IMG/VR virus record: IMGVR_UViG_3300032233_001500
Span: 1 to 64,000 of that record
DNA: 64,000 nucleotides
Direction: 5' to 3' (one strand)
From: a virus
Lineage: Duplodnaviria; Caudoviricetes
Part shown: positions 17,977 to 27,531 of the stretch, piece after piece
Layout: each line of letters begins with the position of its first letter
Position numbering within the stretch: position 1 is the stretch's first letter
Translations under genes and position numbers: made by a program
The notes under the pieces: generated by a model
The model's database searches: none
The model's input: only the letters and a program-made list of their open reading frames with translations
What the model was told of the DNA's origin: nothing

Positions 17977-19702
17977 TCCTGCCACCTTTGGGCATCTTGA
18001 GTTGGGGTGCTTTTTCATCAGGTGCCGTTTGAACAGCAGACAAACTTGCTTCGGGTGCTTGTGGTACATCTCCGAGATTTGTTTGTTGATCTGGTGGTAG
18101 TTCTGTACCTGGTTGCATAGGAGGTTGTTGTCCAATAGGTAGTCCAGTCATCGGATCAACAGGTGGGGGAATAATTCCAGCTTCCTTCTCTTTTTCAATT
18201 TGTTGATCAATCTCCACAATTTGTCCATCAGTCTGTTTAAGAATATGTCTTCTTACATAATCAACTGAGAAATACTTACCAACATAAGGTTCAACGATAT
18301 TTAATACATTTATTCTTTCATTCATCAACTCAGTTTCTTTGAGTTCTGCAAAATGATTGTCATAAACATAATCGTATTGAATATGATCAGTAAGAACTTT
18401 CCAATCCTCTGGAGTTACAATATTTTTGAGGATTAGTTGTGTCCTCAACATATCATTGAATAGATGTGAAAATCTCTTTCTGAGACGACCTACAAACTTC
18501 GTAAATTTGATTTCATCTCTTAGAATTTCTGATGAACGACCAAGATTAAATCCACCTGCAGAATTCAATCTTGATTCTGGAACATTCAAAGATCTGTAAA
18601 GTTTTTTCTGGAAATAATCAATATCTGTAATTTCTCCAAGATTTTGACCACCGGGAAGAGTTGTAATCTCAGTTCCTCTACCACCTTCTCTTCTTGGAAG
18701 CCAGAAATCTTCAAGCATCGCCATCATCTTGCGATCATCACGAATTTCTCCAGTGTTCGCATCGTAAACCAACTTGGTACGATAACGGGTCATAACCTCA
18801 CGCAGATACTGTTCTGCTTTGATCTTGGGTAGATTACCTACGTCAATGTAGAAGATACGACGTTCTGGCGCACGAGAAAGTCTATAAATGACCAAACTAT
18901 CCTCAATCATTCTTAGTTGATTGAGGGACTTGATGGCCTTATGTAGATATGAAAGAATAGTCTGTTTGTTGCGATCTACTAGACCAGAATGAACATAAGC
19001 AACAGAATCCCTTGCAATACTTACAGCATTTACGTTGGTTTTGAAGATTGCTGGTTGACCATAACCACCAGTAGTTGCGTTTGGATCATACTGGAAGAAT
19101 TCTTCTACTTCTGGACTATGAGTAAGTTGTTGAGTTCCTTTTGCTGCAGGACTGACGTATGTTGGAGAAAGTTGATTAGAATTCTTTTTAATTCTACGAA
19201 TTAATTTAATTTTAAGTGGATCAATATACCTAAGTTCTTTAATTCCTTCTTGTGGCTTTTGAATATCAATTACCTTATGGTAATAAATTCTTCCGTCAAT
19301 ATACCAGTTTCTTAAAATTTCGTGACACTTATTATCAAAATCCAATAATTCTTTGATATATTTGAATTCTTTTCTGATTAATTCTTTTAACTTATCTGAC
19401 GCAGGAAGATTTGATAGATCAATCTGTATTGGCGAATCGTTCTGGTCGGCTACAATTGCTTCATTAATGACATCTTCAATTGCACTGTCAACTTCTGGAT
19501 GAAGTGACATTTCTCTATATCTCTTAATTAAATCAAATTCTGATTTATATACACCTTCAATATCTACATATTGCCCATAAAAACCACTAGAAACATAAAA
19601 GTCCGAAGAATCTTCGTGATTCTCCGGAATAGGGGAAACGATAGATTTTTTGGATTTATCGTTTCCCCCATCTTCTATTTTAAAACCAAATAATTTAGGC
19701 AT
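17972..19702 (-). CDS. gp20: Portal vertex protein
   Basis: YREMSLHPEVDSAIEDVINEAI, WYIDGRIYYHK, LRMIEDSLVIYRLSRAPERRIFYIDVGNLPK, EDFWLPRREGGRGTEITTLPGG. Confidence 0.97.
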   Translation of the reverse strand: MPKLFGFKIEDGGNDKSKKSIVSPIPENHEDSSDFYVSSGFYGQYVDIEGVYKSEFDLIKRYREMSLHPEVDSAIEDVINEAIVADQNDSPIQIDLSNLPASDKLKELIRKEFKYIKELLDFDNKCHEILRNWYIDGRIYYHKVIDIQKPQEGIKELRYIDPLKIKLIRRIKKNSNQLSPTYVSPAAKGTQQLTHSPEVEEFFQYDPNATTGGYGQPAIFKTNVNAVSIARDSVAYVHSGLVDRNKQTILSYLHKAIKSLNQLRMIEDSLVIYRLSRAPERRIFYIDVGNLPKIKAEQYLREVMTRYRTKLVYDANTGEIRDDRKMMAMLEDFWLPRREGGRGTEITTLPGGQNLGEITDIDYFQKKLYRSLNVPESRLNSAGGFNLGRSSEILRDEIKFTKFVGRLRKRFSHLFNDMLRTQLILKNIVTPEDWKVLTDHIQYDYVYDNHFAELKETELMNERINVLNIVEPYVGKYFSVDYVRRHILKQTDGQIVEIDQQIEKEKEAGIIPPPVDPMTGLPIGQQPPMQPGTELPPDQQTNLGDVPQAPEASLSAVQTAPDEKAPQLKMPKGGRI

Positions 19703-19729
19703 TACTCAAAGTGTGACTGTAATATCTAC

Positions 19730-19737
19730 TATTTATA
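19730..19737 (-). promoter_or_regulatory. Late promoter TATAAATA for gp20
   Basis: Exact consensus 28 nt upstream of the ATG. Confidence 0.8.
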
Positions 19738-19740
19738 GAA

Positions 19741-20439
19741 CTACTGTGGGTTCAATACTTCAGGATCAGTGTTGAGTTGGGTATTGCCTTGTGAATCAAG
19801 AGCATCCCACCACTGAACTTGGAGGTCTACAGTAAACTCTTCAATTTGATCAGTAGTATCATATGAAAGTGGAATTGCAGCTACTGAAGTTGGGAACAAT
19901 CCATATAACTTATATGCCTTAAGAACAGGAATTTGATTTCCTGCAGTGGTCAATGTTGGATTGGTTACACTTGAATTTGCAGAAGCAACTGACGATCTGC
20001 CGAATTGCTTTACGAGTGCATCTCTTTGATACTGAGCTGGATTGATTAAACCAGAATTATCATCGTGCTTGTTAATCGCATTCATCCATTTTTCAAATGC
20101 AGTTCTGATTGAGAAATCAACATCGTTGATAACTGTAATTGTCCAGGTATCAAATGTACGATCTCCAGCAATCTTGAGTTGTCTTCCTCTGAAAGGAACA
20201 CTAATTGCTGCAATATTTGATGCAGGAAGATCTGCAGTTTTAATCATAAATCTAGAAAGTTCTGAAACAGATCTACTAGCATCAGTTGTGTTTGCAGTTC
20301 CATCAGTACTGGTGGTTGCAAAAGTTGGGAATGTCAATTCAACTTCAAAAAGATTTGGTCTAGCTGCACCCCCGATTAATCTGGCTTTGAAATCTTCTAG
20401 AGTTCTAGAACTGAAACTTGGTGTGTTTGAAAATGCCAT
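19741..20439 (-). CDS. gp19: Tail tube protein
   Basis: GGAARPNLFEV, VPFRGRQLKIAGDRTFDTWTITVIND, IEEFTVDLQVQWW. Confidence 0.96.
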   Translation of the reverse strand: MAFSNTPSFSSRTLEDFKARLIGGAARPNLFEVELTFPTFATTSTDGTANTTDASRSVSELSRFMIKTADLPASNIAAISVPFRGRQLKIAGDRTFDTWTITVINDVDFSIRTAFEKWMNAINKHDDNSGLINPAQYQRDALVKQFGRSSVASANSSVTNPTLTTAGNQIPVLKAYKLYGLFPTSVAAIPLSYDTTDQIEEFTVDLQVQWWDALDSQGNTQLNTDPEVLNPQ

Positions 20440-20480
20440 TGTTTTTTACCTCTATAGCGATTGATGTCTTAATTAAAAAG

Positions 20481-22892
20481 TTAAACAGTTCCAACAACTT
20501 CTTCAAAACTAACTCCAGTTCTATTTGCAACAAAAGTTAGTCCGATGAAATTGATTGACCTTGCTGGTTTAATGAAGATATCAGCCTTGAACTGATTTGA
20601 ATCAATTACATCTGGGGTGTTATTTGACTCGTCGCAAACTACGAGGAAATCGGTAATACCTCTCTTAGCTTTAACATCACGAAGATATGGTTCAATGATA
20701 TTAACAAAATTAGATCTTGTGATTACATCATTAAATTCAAATAACTGTGCTCTTGCAGCTCTTTCAATTGTTTCTTCTAGAGTTAGGAACAATCTACGAA
20801 CATTGATGCGATCAAATGCTGATGCATAAGAAAGTCCAGTTTTATCACCAAAGAGAATAATTCCTGCACCAGGCGAGAAGATAACTGGGTTAATTCTCTT
20901 AGGATAAAGAAGATCTCTTTGTGATTGTGATGGATTGTAAGCAAGTTTAATTGCATTATTAATAATTCCTCTCTGAGCTCCTGCTGGAGAGAACCAAGGA
21001 TAATTGTTGATTGAAGTTCTTGCCATCAATCCAGCAATATCTGCGTTCAACGCTACATATACGAAAGAATTATTAAATCTATCAAATGTATACTTATATC
21101 CACTATCAAATACTGCATAAGAACTTGAACTTAAAGCATCAAAATAATTAATGATATTTGAAGTTTGTGTATCACTGGAAGGTACGTTTACAACTCCATC
21201 TCTATGTGGAGAAAGGGTAACAACACAATCTTTTCTTGCTTCTGCAATTGCAATCAATGCATTTGCTTTTGCTTGTGATTCAAAAATAGTTGTTCCACCA
21301 CTAGGTCCACCAATAATGAAATTGATTTTATATTCAGAAGGATTCATCAATAGGTTATAAGATGAAATTACTTCCGAAAGTAGAGGAGACATTCCTGCAG
21401 TTCCAAGTGTTGCATAATCATTTCCATTTGTGAGACTGTATGATCTTGCACCAATTAAACCAAAATTAACTCCCGATGCATTCTGTCCCCATGCAATGGA
21501 ACCTCCACTATTTGGAGTATATCCATCTATAGTCGTGAATTTAGAAGATAGGAGACTATCTACTGCACCACCATAAATGTATGCAGAGTTATTTGCAACA
21601 TAGTTTTTATAATAAATGCTTTGGGAAGGACTTATTCTACCATCAAGAGCCTTAGAAAGACCTGTAAATTTCTCTAAGATATTTCCAGCAATTCCTGTGA
21701 TTGAACCGGAATCATCTACTACTACAATATGAAGTTCATCATTTTTGCAAGTTCTGTCAGATGCATATTGTGAAGTTGATGGTTTTGGTGCAATATTTTT
21801 CCAATAAACTGTAGAATTTGTTAGACCTAAAGTTTGTTGATCGTACCAATCAGTTACAGCACTATTTGTTGGGGTTGGTTTCAAACCTTCTCCATTACTG
21901 AGAGTATTATCTCCCGCATTTCTTGTATAAGTAACAATGAAAGTTGTTGCTGCTAGTGAAACTGGTGATGATGAGTTTAGAATAATTTGTCCAGTACTTA
22001 CTCCAACAACTCTTGCTTTATAGGATCCATTAATACTTTGGACCAAATCTCCAACTAAAACAGAAGTCAAGTCTGTGTAAGATGGGCAAGTAATTATTGT
22101 AGATCCAGATCCAATTGTCCCACTATTATCTAATCTAAATTTCTCCAGAGAAGTAGCAGTTCCAACGTTATTGAAAACCTGCCAGTAATTAGTACCACCT
22201 ACAACAGGAGATGGAATTTGATTTAACGAACTAGATGAATAAGCAATTTCTGTAGAAATTCCAGTGTCAGCATCGTATCTGCTAATAAGTTTAATATCAA
22301 CGCTGCCTTGATTTACTTTAGTAACAATACCCTTTAAATAACCACCAAAGGTTTGTACTGTTCCATCAGAGGCTGCATAGGAAGTAGTGATACTGCAAGT
22401 AAATCCATATCCAGCAAGAATTCCAAAAGTACCGATTGAAACTCTTTGATCAGCACCACCATCAATTACGCAAACTTTTGCGCCATTTGACCAAGTTCCT
22501 GCTGTTTTGGAAGCCCATGTCCATCCAGTTGGAGACTGATAGTTATTGAAATAATCTTCATCCGATTCAATAACAAAAGTCTGTGGAGAAGATACGTAAG
22601 AGTGAGCATTCTGGAGGTTAGTACCATTCGTTCTTATAACTCTTAGGGTTCCACCATATGAGAGATAAGATGATGCTGCCATCCAATATTCGTATTGTGC
22701 ATCAGTTGCTGATGGTTTTCCAAAATAGTTGATGAGATCCTGTTCTGTTTCAAGCAAAGTAGGAACATTGATTGGACCCTTTACAAATGGGCCGGCGATT
22801 GCCCCTACTTGATCATTAACTGCATCAATCCTTCCAACAGTTAGATCAACTTCTCTAATTTTAACGCCTGGTGATACTAAGTTTAGCGACAT
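20481..22892 (-). CDS. gp18: Tail sheath protein
   Basis: MSLNLVSPGVKIREVDLT, WFSPAG..RG, LYPKRINPV, FDRINVRRLF, LFEFND, PARSINFIGLTFVA. Confidence 0.97.
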   Translation of the reverse strand: MSLNLVSPGVKIREVDLTVGRIDAVNDQVGAIAGPFVKGPINVPTLLETEQDLINYFGKPSATDAQYEYWMAASSYLSYGGTLRVIRTNGTNLQNAHSYVSSPQTFVIESDEDYFNNYQSPTGWTWASKTAGTWSNGAKVCVIDGGADQRVSIGTFGILAGYGFTCSITTSYAASDGTVQTFGGYLKGIVTKVNQGSVDIKLISRYDADTGISTEIAYSSSSLNQIPSPVVGGTNYWQVFNNVGTATSLEKFRLDNSGTIGSGSTIITCPSYTDLTSVLVGDLVQSINGSYKARVVGVSTGQIILNSSSPVSLAATTFIVTYTRNAGDNTLSNGEGLKPTPTNSAVTDWYDQQTLGLTNSTVYWKNIAPKPSTSQYASDRTCKNDELHIVVVDDSGSITGIAGNILEKFTGLSKALDGRISPSQSIYYKNYVANNSAYIYGGAVDSLLSSKFTTIDGYTPNSGGSIAWGQNASGVNFGLIGARSYSLTNGNDYATLGTAGMSPLLSEVISSYNLLMNPSEYKINFIIGGPSGGTTIFESQAKANALIAIAEARKDCVVTLSPHRDGVVNVPSSDTQTSNIINYFDALSSSSYAVFDSGYKYTFDRFNNSFVYVALNADIAGLMARTSINNYPWFSPAGAQRGIINNAIKLAYNPSQSQRDLLYPKRINPVIFSPGAGIILFGDKTGLSYASAFDRINVRRLFLTLEETIERAARAQLFEFNDVITRSNFVNIIEPYLRDVKAKRGITDFLVVCDESNNTPDVIDSNQFKADIFIKPARSINFIGLTFVANRTGVSFEEVVGTV

Positions 22893-22929
22893 GTCTTTCC
22901 CTCTAAAGAAGCTTCAACTTGACTAAATG

Positions 22930-22937
22930 TATTTATA
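22930..22937 (-). promoter_or_regulatory. Late promoter TATAAATA for gp18-gp19
   Basis: Exact consensus 37 nt upstream of the gp18 ATG. Confidence 0.8.
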
Positions 22938-22975
22938 AATTGCTAACCTTACATTGGGGAAACAACCAGTGAACA

Positions 22976-23206
22976 TTACCAATCTGGGTATTCCCAATAC
23001 ACTTTGGAATCAATCTTCTTCCTATTCTCAGTAATTCTTTGTACCGTACATACTTTACATTCATATGAATACGCAGATGGAATATCCCCTCTACCCTTAC
23101 GAGTTAAATAAAAACCATCTAATAAATCCTTTATTTCTCCACAAACTCTACATTTTCTTTGCGTAAAAATTAAATGTTGTAATTGAATTTGTTGCTCAAA
23201 ATCCAT
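22976..23206 (-). CDS. Small Cys4 zinc-finger protein downstream of terminase
   Basis: CRVC...ECKVC pairs and a C-terminal WEYPDW; abuts the gp17 stop. Confidence 0.75.
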   Translation of the reverse strand: MDFEQQIQLQHLIFTQRKCRVCGEIKDLLDGFYLTRKGRGDIPSAYSYECKVCTVQRITENRKKIDSKVYWEYPDW

Positions 23207-24856
23207 TTATCTGTAATCCCACATATATTGCATATCTCCATATTCATCTGTATGCCAACGGTCTCCACTCTCATCCACAAAACTTTCTCCAGAATCTAAT
23301 CCATCACTCATAAATCCAAACGGAGCCATGTCTTGTTCAATTTGATTTTTCTGTTCCTCATAAATTCTCTTACGGACATCATTGTCCGTCATTTCTTTAA
23401 AATAAGGCTGTGCAATTAACCAAGAAAAAATTACCAAGCACATTGCAAGGTCATCATTGCAACCATCTTCTGCTTCAAATGAGTTTGCTTTTTGAATAAA
23501 AGTAGTTAATTCACTAATGGTCTCATAATCTTTTACGATTAACTTATCATCTTCAATAAGAGTTTTGAGGTTGAGACATCCAATCTTTTTAACAGTCTTG
23601 GACATTTTAACTCCCATTTGCGATTTCTTTCCAGAAAATCCCTGACCAACTAATTGACCAGCACGACCTCTCATTGTACACATAAGGATATTGTCGTATT
23701 CCAAATCAAAATGGAGAATTTGTCCCACTTGTTCTCCAATATCGTTAACTTCTACTAAGACATAAGCTTTATTATATGCACTCGCTACATCTTTGATGAT
23801 GCTTGGAAACAACATTGGTTTTATTTGATTATTCCTATATTTTGCAACCAAACGATATGGAAAGGTTGTAGTATCACACACAGCAAATGCTGAATAATCC
23901 TTTTCAACTCCACGAGCAACGTCAACTGTTACCACATAATTATGATCTTTTTGCGGTTCTTCATAAACATCCAATCCAGCACTTCTTGTAATTGGATCAT
24001 CATATACTAAGGATGTGAGTTTTGATGCAGATATAAGAGTATCAACAGAACCCAAAAATTCACAAAGGTGTTCTGCTTTAAATTGTTCTTCACTAGTATT
24101 TGCAATCGTCTGTTGTTTCCACTTCTCGTCTCTACCAGGAACCTCGGACCAGTGAACTGCAGTTGCAACAAATTGACTTTTACTCCTTTCAGCATCGTGC
24201 CACATTCTGTAGAAGTGGTTCATACCTTTAGGGGTAGAAACGATAATTACCTTTGTGTTTTTACCAGAAGAAATTGTAGGATAAACAGATGCAAAGAAGT
24301 CATCTGCAATGTGATTTGGAACGAACGCAAATTCGTCCAAAAAGATAATGTTGAATGACATACCACGAACAGCAGATGCCGATGTGGATGCTGCAAGTAT
24401 CTTAGATCCATTCTCAAGTTCTAACGAACCTTTGTTCCAAGATACAATACCCTGTTGCATCCACTTGGGTAAATTTTCATAAGATAACTGCAATCTACTT
24501 AAGATTTCTCTTGAAGTTGACGCTTTGTTTGCCAGAATACCAATATTTACATTGTCATTAAATAAAAGGTAGTGTAGTAGATAGGATACAACAGTGGTTG
24601 TTTTTCCAACCTGTCTAGGCATTTTGCAGATATTAAATCTGTTCTTATGGAAATTACTAATTAATTTTTCTTGAAATGGCCAGATGTCAAAATTTACCAA
24701 TCCCTCATCAACGTTGACAATCTTGATGTATTTTTTAGTAAAATAGACAGGATCATTTTTACACTTGATAAATTCAAGTACCTGTTCTTCTGTAAATTCT
24801 ACGGCTACGTTAGCCTTCTTTAAATTGGGATTACCAAGATATACCTGATCAGACAT
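23207..24856 (-). CDS. gp17: Terminase large subunit
   Basis: YLGNPNLK, PRQVGKTT (Walker A), IFLDEFAF (Walker B), TVDVARG and DDLAM nuclease motifs; no intein. Confidence 0.97.
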   Translation of the reverse strand: MSDQVYLGNPNLKKANVAVEFTEEQVLEFIKCKNDPVYFTKKYIKIVNVDEGLVNFDIWPFQEKLISNFHKNRFNICKMPRQVGKTTTVVSYLLHYLLFNDNVNIGILANKASTSREILSRLQLSYENLPKWMQQGIVSWNKGSLELENGSKILAASTSASAVRGMSFNIIFLDEFAFVPNHIADDFFASVYPTISSGKNTKVIIVSTPKGMNHFYRMWHDAERSKSQFVATAVHWSEVPGRDEKWKQQTIANTSEEQFKAEHLCEFLGSVDTLISASKLTSLVYDDPITRSAGLDVYEEPQKDHNYVVTVDVARGVEKDYSAFAVCDTTTFPYRLVAKYRNNQIKPMLFPSIIKDVASAYNKAYVLVEVNDIGEQVGQILHFDLEYDNILMCTMRGRAGQLVGQGFSGKKSQMGVKMSKTVKKIGCLNLKTLIEDDKLIVKDYETISELTTFIQKANSFEAEDGCNDDLAMCLVIFSWLIAQPYFKEMTDNDVRKRIYEEQKNQIEQDMAPFGFMSDGLDSGESFVDESGDRWHTDEYGDMQYMWDYR

Positions 24857-24869
24857 AATTCAACTCAGT

Positions 24870-25043
24870 TCAAAAATTTTTTGATAAATTAGATACTACT
24901 TCCTGTTGTTGGAGAAAAAGTTTACAATAAGCTTTTGCAAAATCCTTTGCTTGATTTTCATTTAGTTTATCTATAAGTCTTACTTGTTGTTCATAAACAA
25001 GCATTTTATTAATATCTTCAAGTTTTATGTCATCAGGATTCAT
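24870..25043 (-). CDS. nblA: NblA-like phycobilisome degradation adaptor (putative)
   Basis: 57 aa from MNPDDIKLE, predicted two-helix. IKLE...YEQQVRLIDKLNENQAKDFAKAYCKLFLQQQEVV resembles by eye the cyanobacterial NblA pattern (LSLEQQF...F..QV..MS..QAKDFL..LY.Q). Not verified by HMM. Confidence 0.5.
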   Translation of the reverse strand: MNPDDIKLEDINKMLVYEQQVRLIDKLNENQAKDFAKAYCKLFLQQQEVVSNLSKNF

Positions 25044-25047
25044 AGTT

Positions 25048-27075
25048 TTATTTTTGAACAACTACAATTGGTTTGGTTGGATCGGAGGGACTTGGATACC
25101 ATTGCATTATTACTGCACCAGGGTACAATTTCTCAACTTGCAATTTAACTTCATCTTTGGATGGTCTCTTTTGAGTTGGGAAGAATAATTGAAGGTTCAT
25201 CATCGGTCTACCTCTCCAAGAGAATAGTATAGTATAAACTGCTCCCGTAGATTGTAGTCTTTGATAGTCTTCTGTTGTTAGTTGTCCAGGATGAATTACT
25301 GAATCTGCAAGTTTTGCCATTGATCCTGGTGTTGATTTTAATGGCAAATCAACGCCAGCAGCTTTCTTCTTCTGGAGTTCTATTGCTTTTGGTCCAAGTT
25401 GTGCAGCAGCTGCAGGAGTTAATGCACCAGCCCCAGATGATTTTCTAACTTCAAAACTCAAACTTTCAGGCATATTTCCTGGATGAGTTGTTGCAATAGT
25501 AAATTTTTTAGGAGCCAAGTCTACTGGTACTGAGAACATTTTCCAATACTTGGTCCCATATTTACATTCTGAAGCCTTTTCATCTTTTTGGCACATTGGA
25601 CAATATCTATGTACCTCATCATGAAAATGAATTTTCTTTTCGTGTGTCTTTATATTATGTTTCCCCATAGGATTATCCAAGTCATCTGTATCACTATAAT
25701 CTGTATTTTCACTCTTAGTGCCCCAATTTGCAGCACCTTTTTTACGGCATTGGACAAGTGCTCCAGATGCATATGCACTTGGCCAAACTTTAAAACGACT
25801 CTTTACCTTTTTGTAACATGCATCTTTTTCTCCAGCAGATTCATTGGTATCAACCATTTTTGCTTTACCTTTTCTATCTGGATTTGGATCTTCTCTTCTC
25901 TTTCTTCTTGCAGCAGAATTTTCTTCTTCAGGAGACATTTCCGCAGACATTTTTGAAGAACCGCACTTTGGTTTTGTATCTTGTCCAGGTTGTTTTGCAC
26001 AAGGTTTCCCAGCATACTTACCGCCTAACTGGACCCATCCAGGTTTTCCATCGGAGGACTTACTCTTAGAAAACCAATCATGAAGGGAATAATCTCCAGA
26101 CTTTCTTTCTTCTTCTACATTACTAAAACCTTTAAATTTTTCATCGGTTCCTTTAATGAGATCAATAACTGTTGCAAAAAGAGTTCCATTTGCATCTAGA
26201 ATTTCAGTATCTTCTTTTACGTCTTTAAATTTCTTATGTTCTTTCTTTGCACTCGCTTCCATCTTTTTGAGACGAGTATAATAATCTGGAATTTCATCAA
26301 GATGTTGAAGTGCAATATCAGTTGCAGTATCTTTATCTGTTACGTGTTCGTGTTCAATCTTGATACCCATATCAAGTTGATTTTGAATAAATGATGCATC
26401 CAATCTATGTTTTTTTGCAATTTGATCCACTGAATAATGTGACTTCAATGCTTCAGTAAATTCAACATTTTCTTTTACTTTTTTCTTTTTTCCTTGACAA
26501 TGTGCTCTCTGAGAAAATCCTTTAGGATGATCGCAATCTATGGATTTTTTATACTTTTCTGACCACTCTTCTTTTGTAACCGCTTTTGCTTGTGGTGCAG
26601 TCTGTCCTTTACGATTTGTATTAGTTCTATCAGTACCTCTCCACCCCTGTACCTGAGATGCAGTTGCTTCTCCCTTTCTTGGACCTCTTGGTTTTAATTT
26701 AGTAATCTTTGGTCCAGTTGGTGCAACAGGAGTTTCTTTCTTTTTACCCAATCTTTCTTCTTTTGAACGAAGTTTCTTTCCTCTATCTTCGTGTCTTCCA
26801 AGAACCGCTTCTTTTACTTCATCTTTAGTTTCACTTTCACCACTATCAATATAATCAGCAACAGTATCAATATAATCAGCTGCTTTAGTGATCTTTGATT
26901 GAATCCAGGCTTCAAGTTCACCTTCACCTTTAAGATGTTGCATCAATCTAGAAATTGCTGCCTGAGTAGTTTTCAACTCAGATCTAGCCATAGAGAATTC
27001 ATAATCCTCTTGGATTGAATCAATGATTTGAAGGTCAGAAAGAATTGACCACTCCTTGAAACTGAGTTTACTCAT
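25048..27075 (-). CDS. 675-aa modular Lys-rich protein, probable internal head (poly)protein
   Basis: A chain of short, unrelated modules (AWIQSKITKAADYID; EEWSEKYKKSIDCDHPKGFSQRAHC; GIKIEHEH..IALQHLDEIPDYY; VWPSAYASGALVQCRK; YCPMC) separated by x-x-E|[ADENS] sites; late motif upstream. Confidence 0.75.
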   Translation of the reverse strand: MSKLSFKEWSILSDLQIIDSIQEDYEFSMARSELKTTQAAISRLMQHLKGEGELEAWIQSKITKAADYIDTVADYIDSGESETKDEVKEAVLGRHEDRGKKLRSKEERLGKKKETPVAPTGPKITKLKPRGPRKGEATASQVQGWRGTDRTNTNRKGQTAPQAKAVTKEEWSEKYKKSIDCDHPKGFSQRAHCQGKKKKVKENVEFTEALKSHYSVDQIAKKHRLDASFIQNQLDMGIKIEHEHVTDKDTATDIALQHLDEIPDYYTRLKKMEASAKKEHKKFKDVKEDTEILDANGTLFATVIDLIKGTDEKFKGFSNVEEERKSGDYSLHDWFSKSKSSDGKPGWVQLGGKYAGKPCAKQPGQDTKPKCGSSKMSAEMSPEEENSAARRKRREDPNPDRKGKAKMVDTNESAGEKDACYKKVKSRFKVWPSAYASGALVQCRKKGAANWGTKSENTDYSDTDDLDNPMGKHNIKTHEKKIHFHDEVHRYCPMCQKDEKASECKYGTKYWKMFSVPVDLAPKKFTIATTHPGNMPESLSFEVRKSSGAGALTPAAAAQLGPKAIELQKKKAAGVDLPLKSTPGSMAKLADSVIHPGQLTTEDYQRLQSTGAVYTILFSWRGRPMMNLQLFFPTQKRPSKDEVKLQVEKLYPGAVIMQWYPSPSDPTKPIVVVQK

Positions 27076-27099
27076 ATTTTTAGATTACTTCCTATCTTA

Positions 27100-27531
27100 T
27101 TATTTAGATGTATCTGGGTTCATACTACTTTTAAGAAACTTTTGAAGTTCTGAAGTTGAACCTACAAATACCGCATTATTGGTGACAGTAGTTGGACCAC
27201 CTTTATCTTCTTTATGAATATCCTTCATCTTCTTCTGAAGATCTAAAAGTTTATCCGTAACATCACCAACATTTTTAATAAGTTGTCCAGCAACTTCATA
27301 TGCTCTTGGGCTATCGCTTTCTTGTGCCAGTTCAAGAATTCCATTGATCGCTTCTTGACCTTTTTCTACAAGAGAATACAAATTACCTCTTGTATACTCA
27401 TAGTCTTTATCAATTTGACTTTGACTATCTTTTAATTTTTCAATAATATCATTTGGTTCTTTTTTAACAATTTCTTTTTCCACAGAAGTTGTTTCAATCT
27501 CTAAAGCATTATCAATAGATTCAAAGTCCAT
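27100..27531 (-). CDS. gp16: Terminase small subunit
   Basis: DYEYTRGNLYSLVEKGQEAI, SPRAYEVAGQLIK, NNAVFVGSTSELQK; directly after gp15. Confidence 0.88.
   Translation of the reverse strand: MDFESIDNALEIETTSVEKEIVKKEPNDIIEKLKDSQSQIDKDYEYTRGNLYSLVEKGQEAINGILELAQESDSPRAYEVAGQLIKNVGDVTDKLLDLQKKMKDIHKEDKGGPTTVTNNAVFVGSTSELQKFLKSSMNPDTSK
27101..27107 (-). promoter_or_regulatory. Late promoter variant CTAAATA overlapping the end of gp16
   Basis: tatttag on +, 25 nt upstream of the 27075 ATG. Confidence 0.55.

Noticed and set aside
22950-22972. Short hairpin cattgg-N8-ccagtg before the gp18 promoter
   Set aside because: Only 6 bp, mismatched on the transcribed strand, and no U-tract.
23207-24856. 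Intein or group I intron in terminase (also checked gp46, uvsW, gp20, gp23)
   Set aside because: The ORFs are continuous, of normal length, and lack splice or homing-endonuclease motifs.
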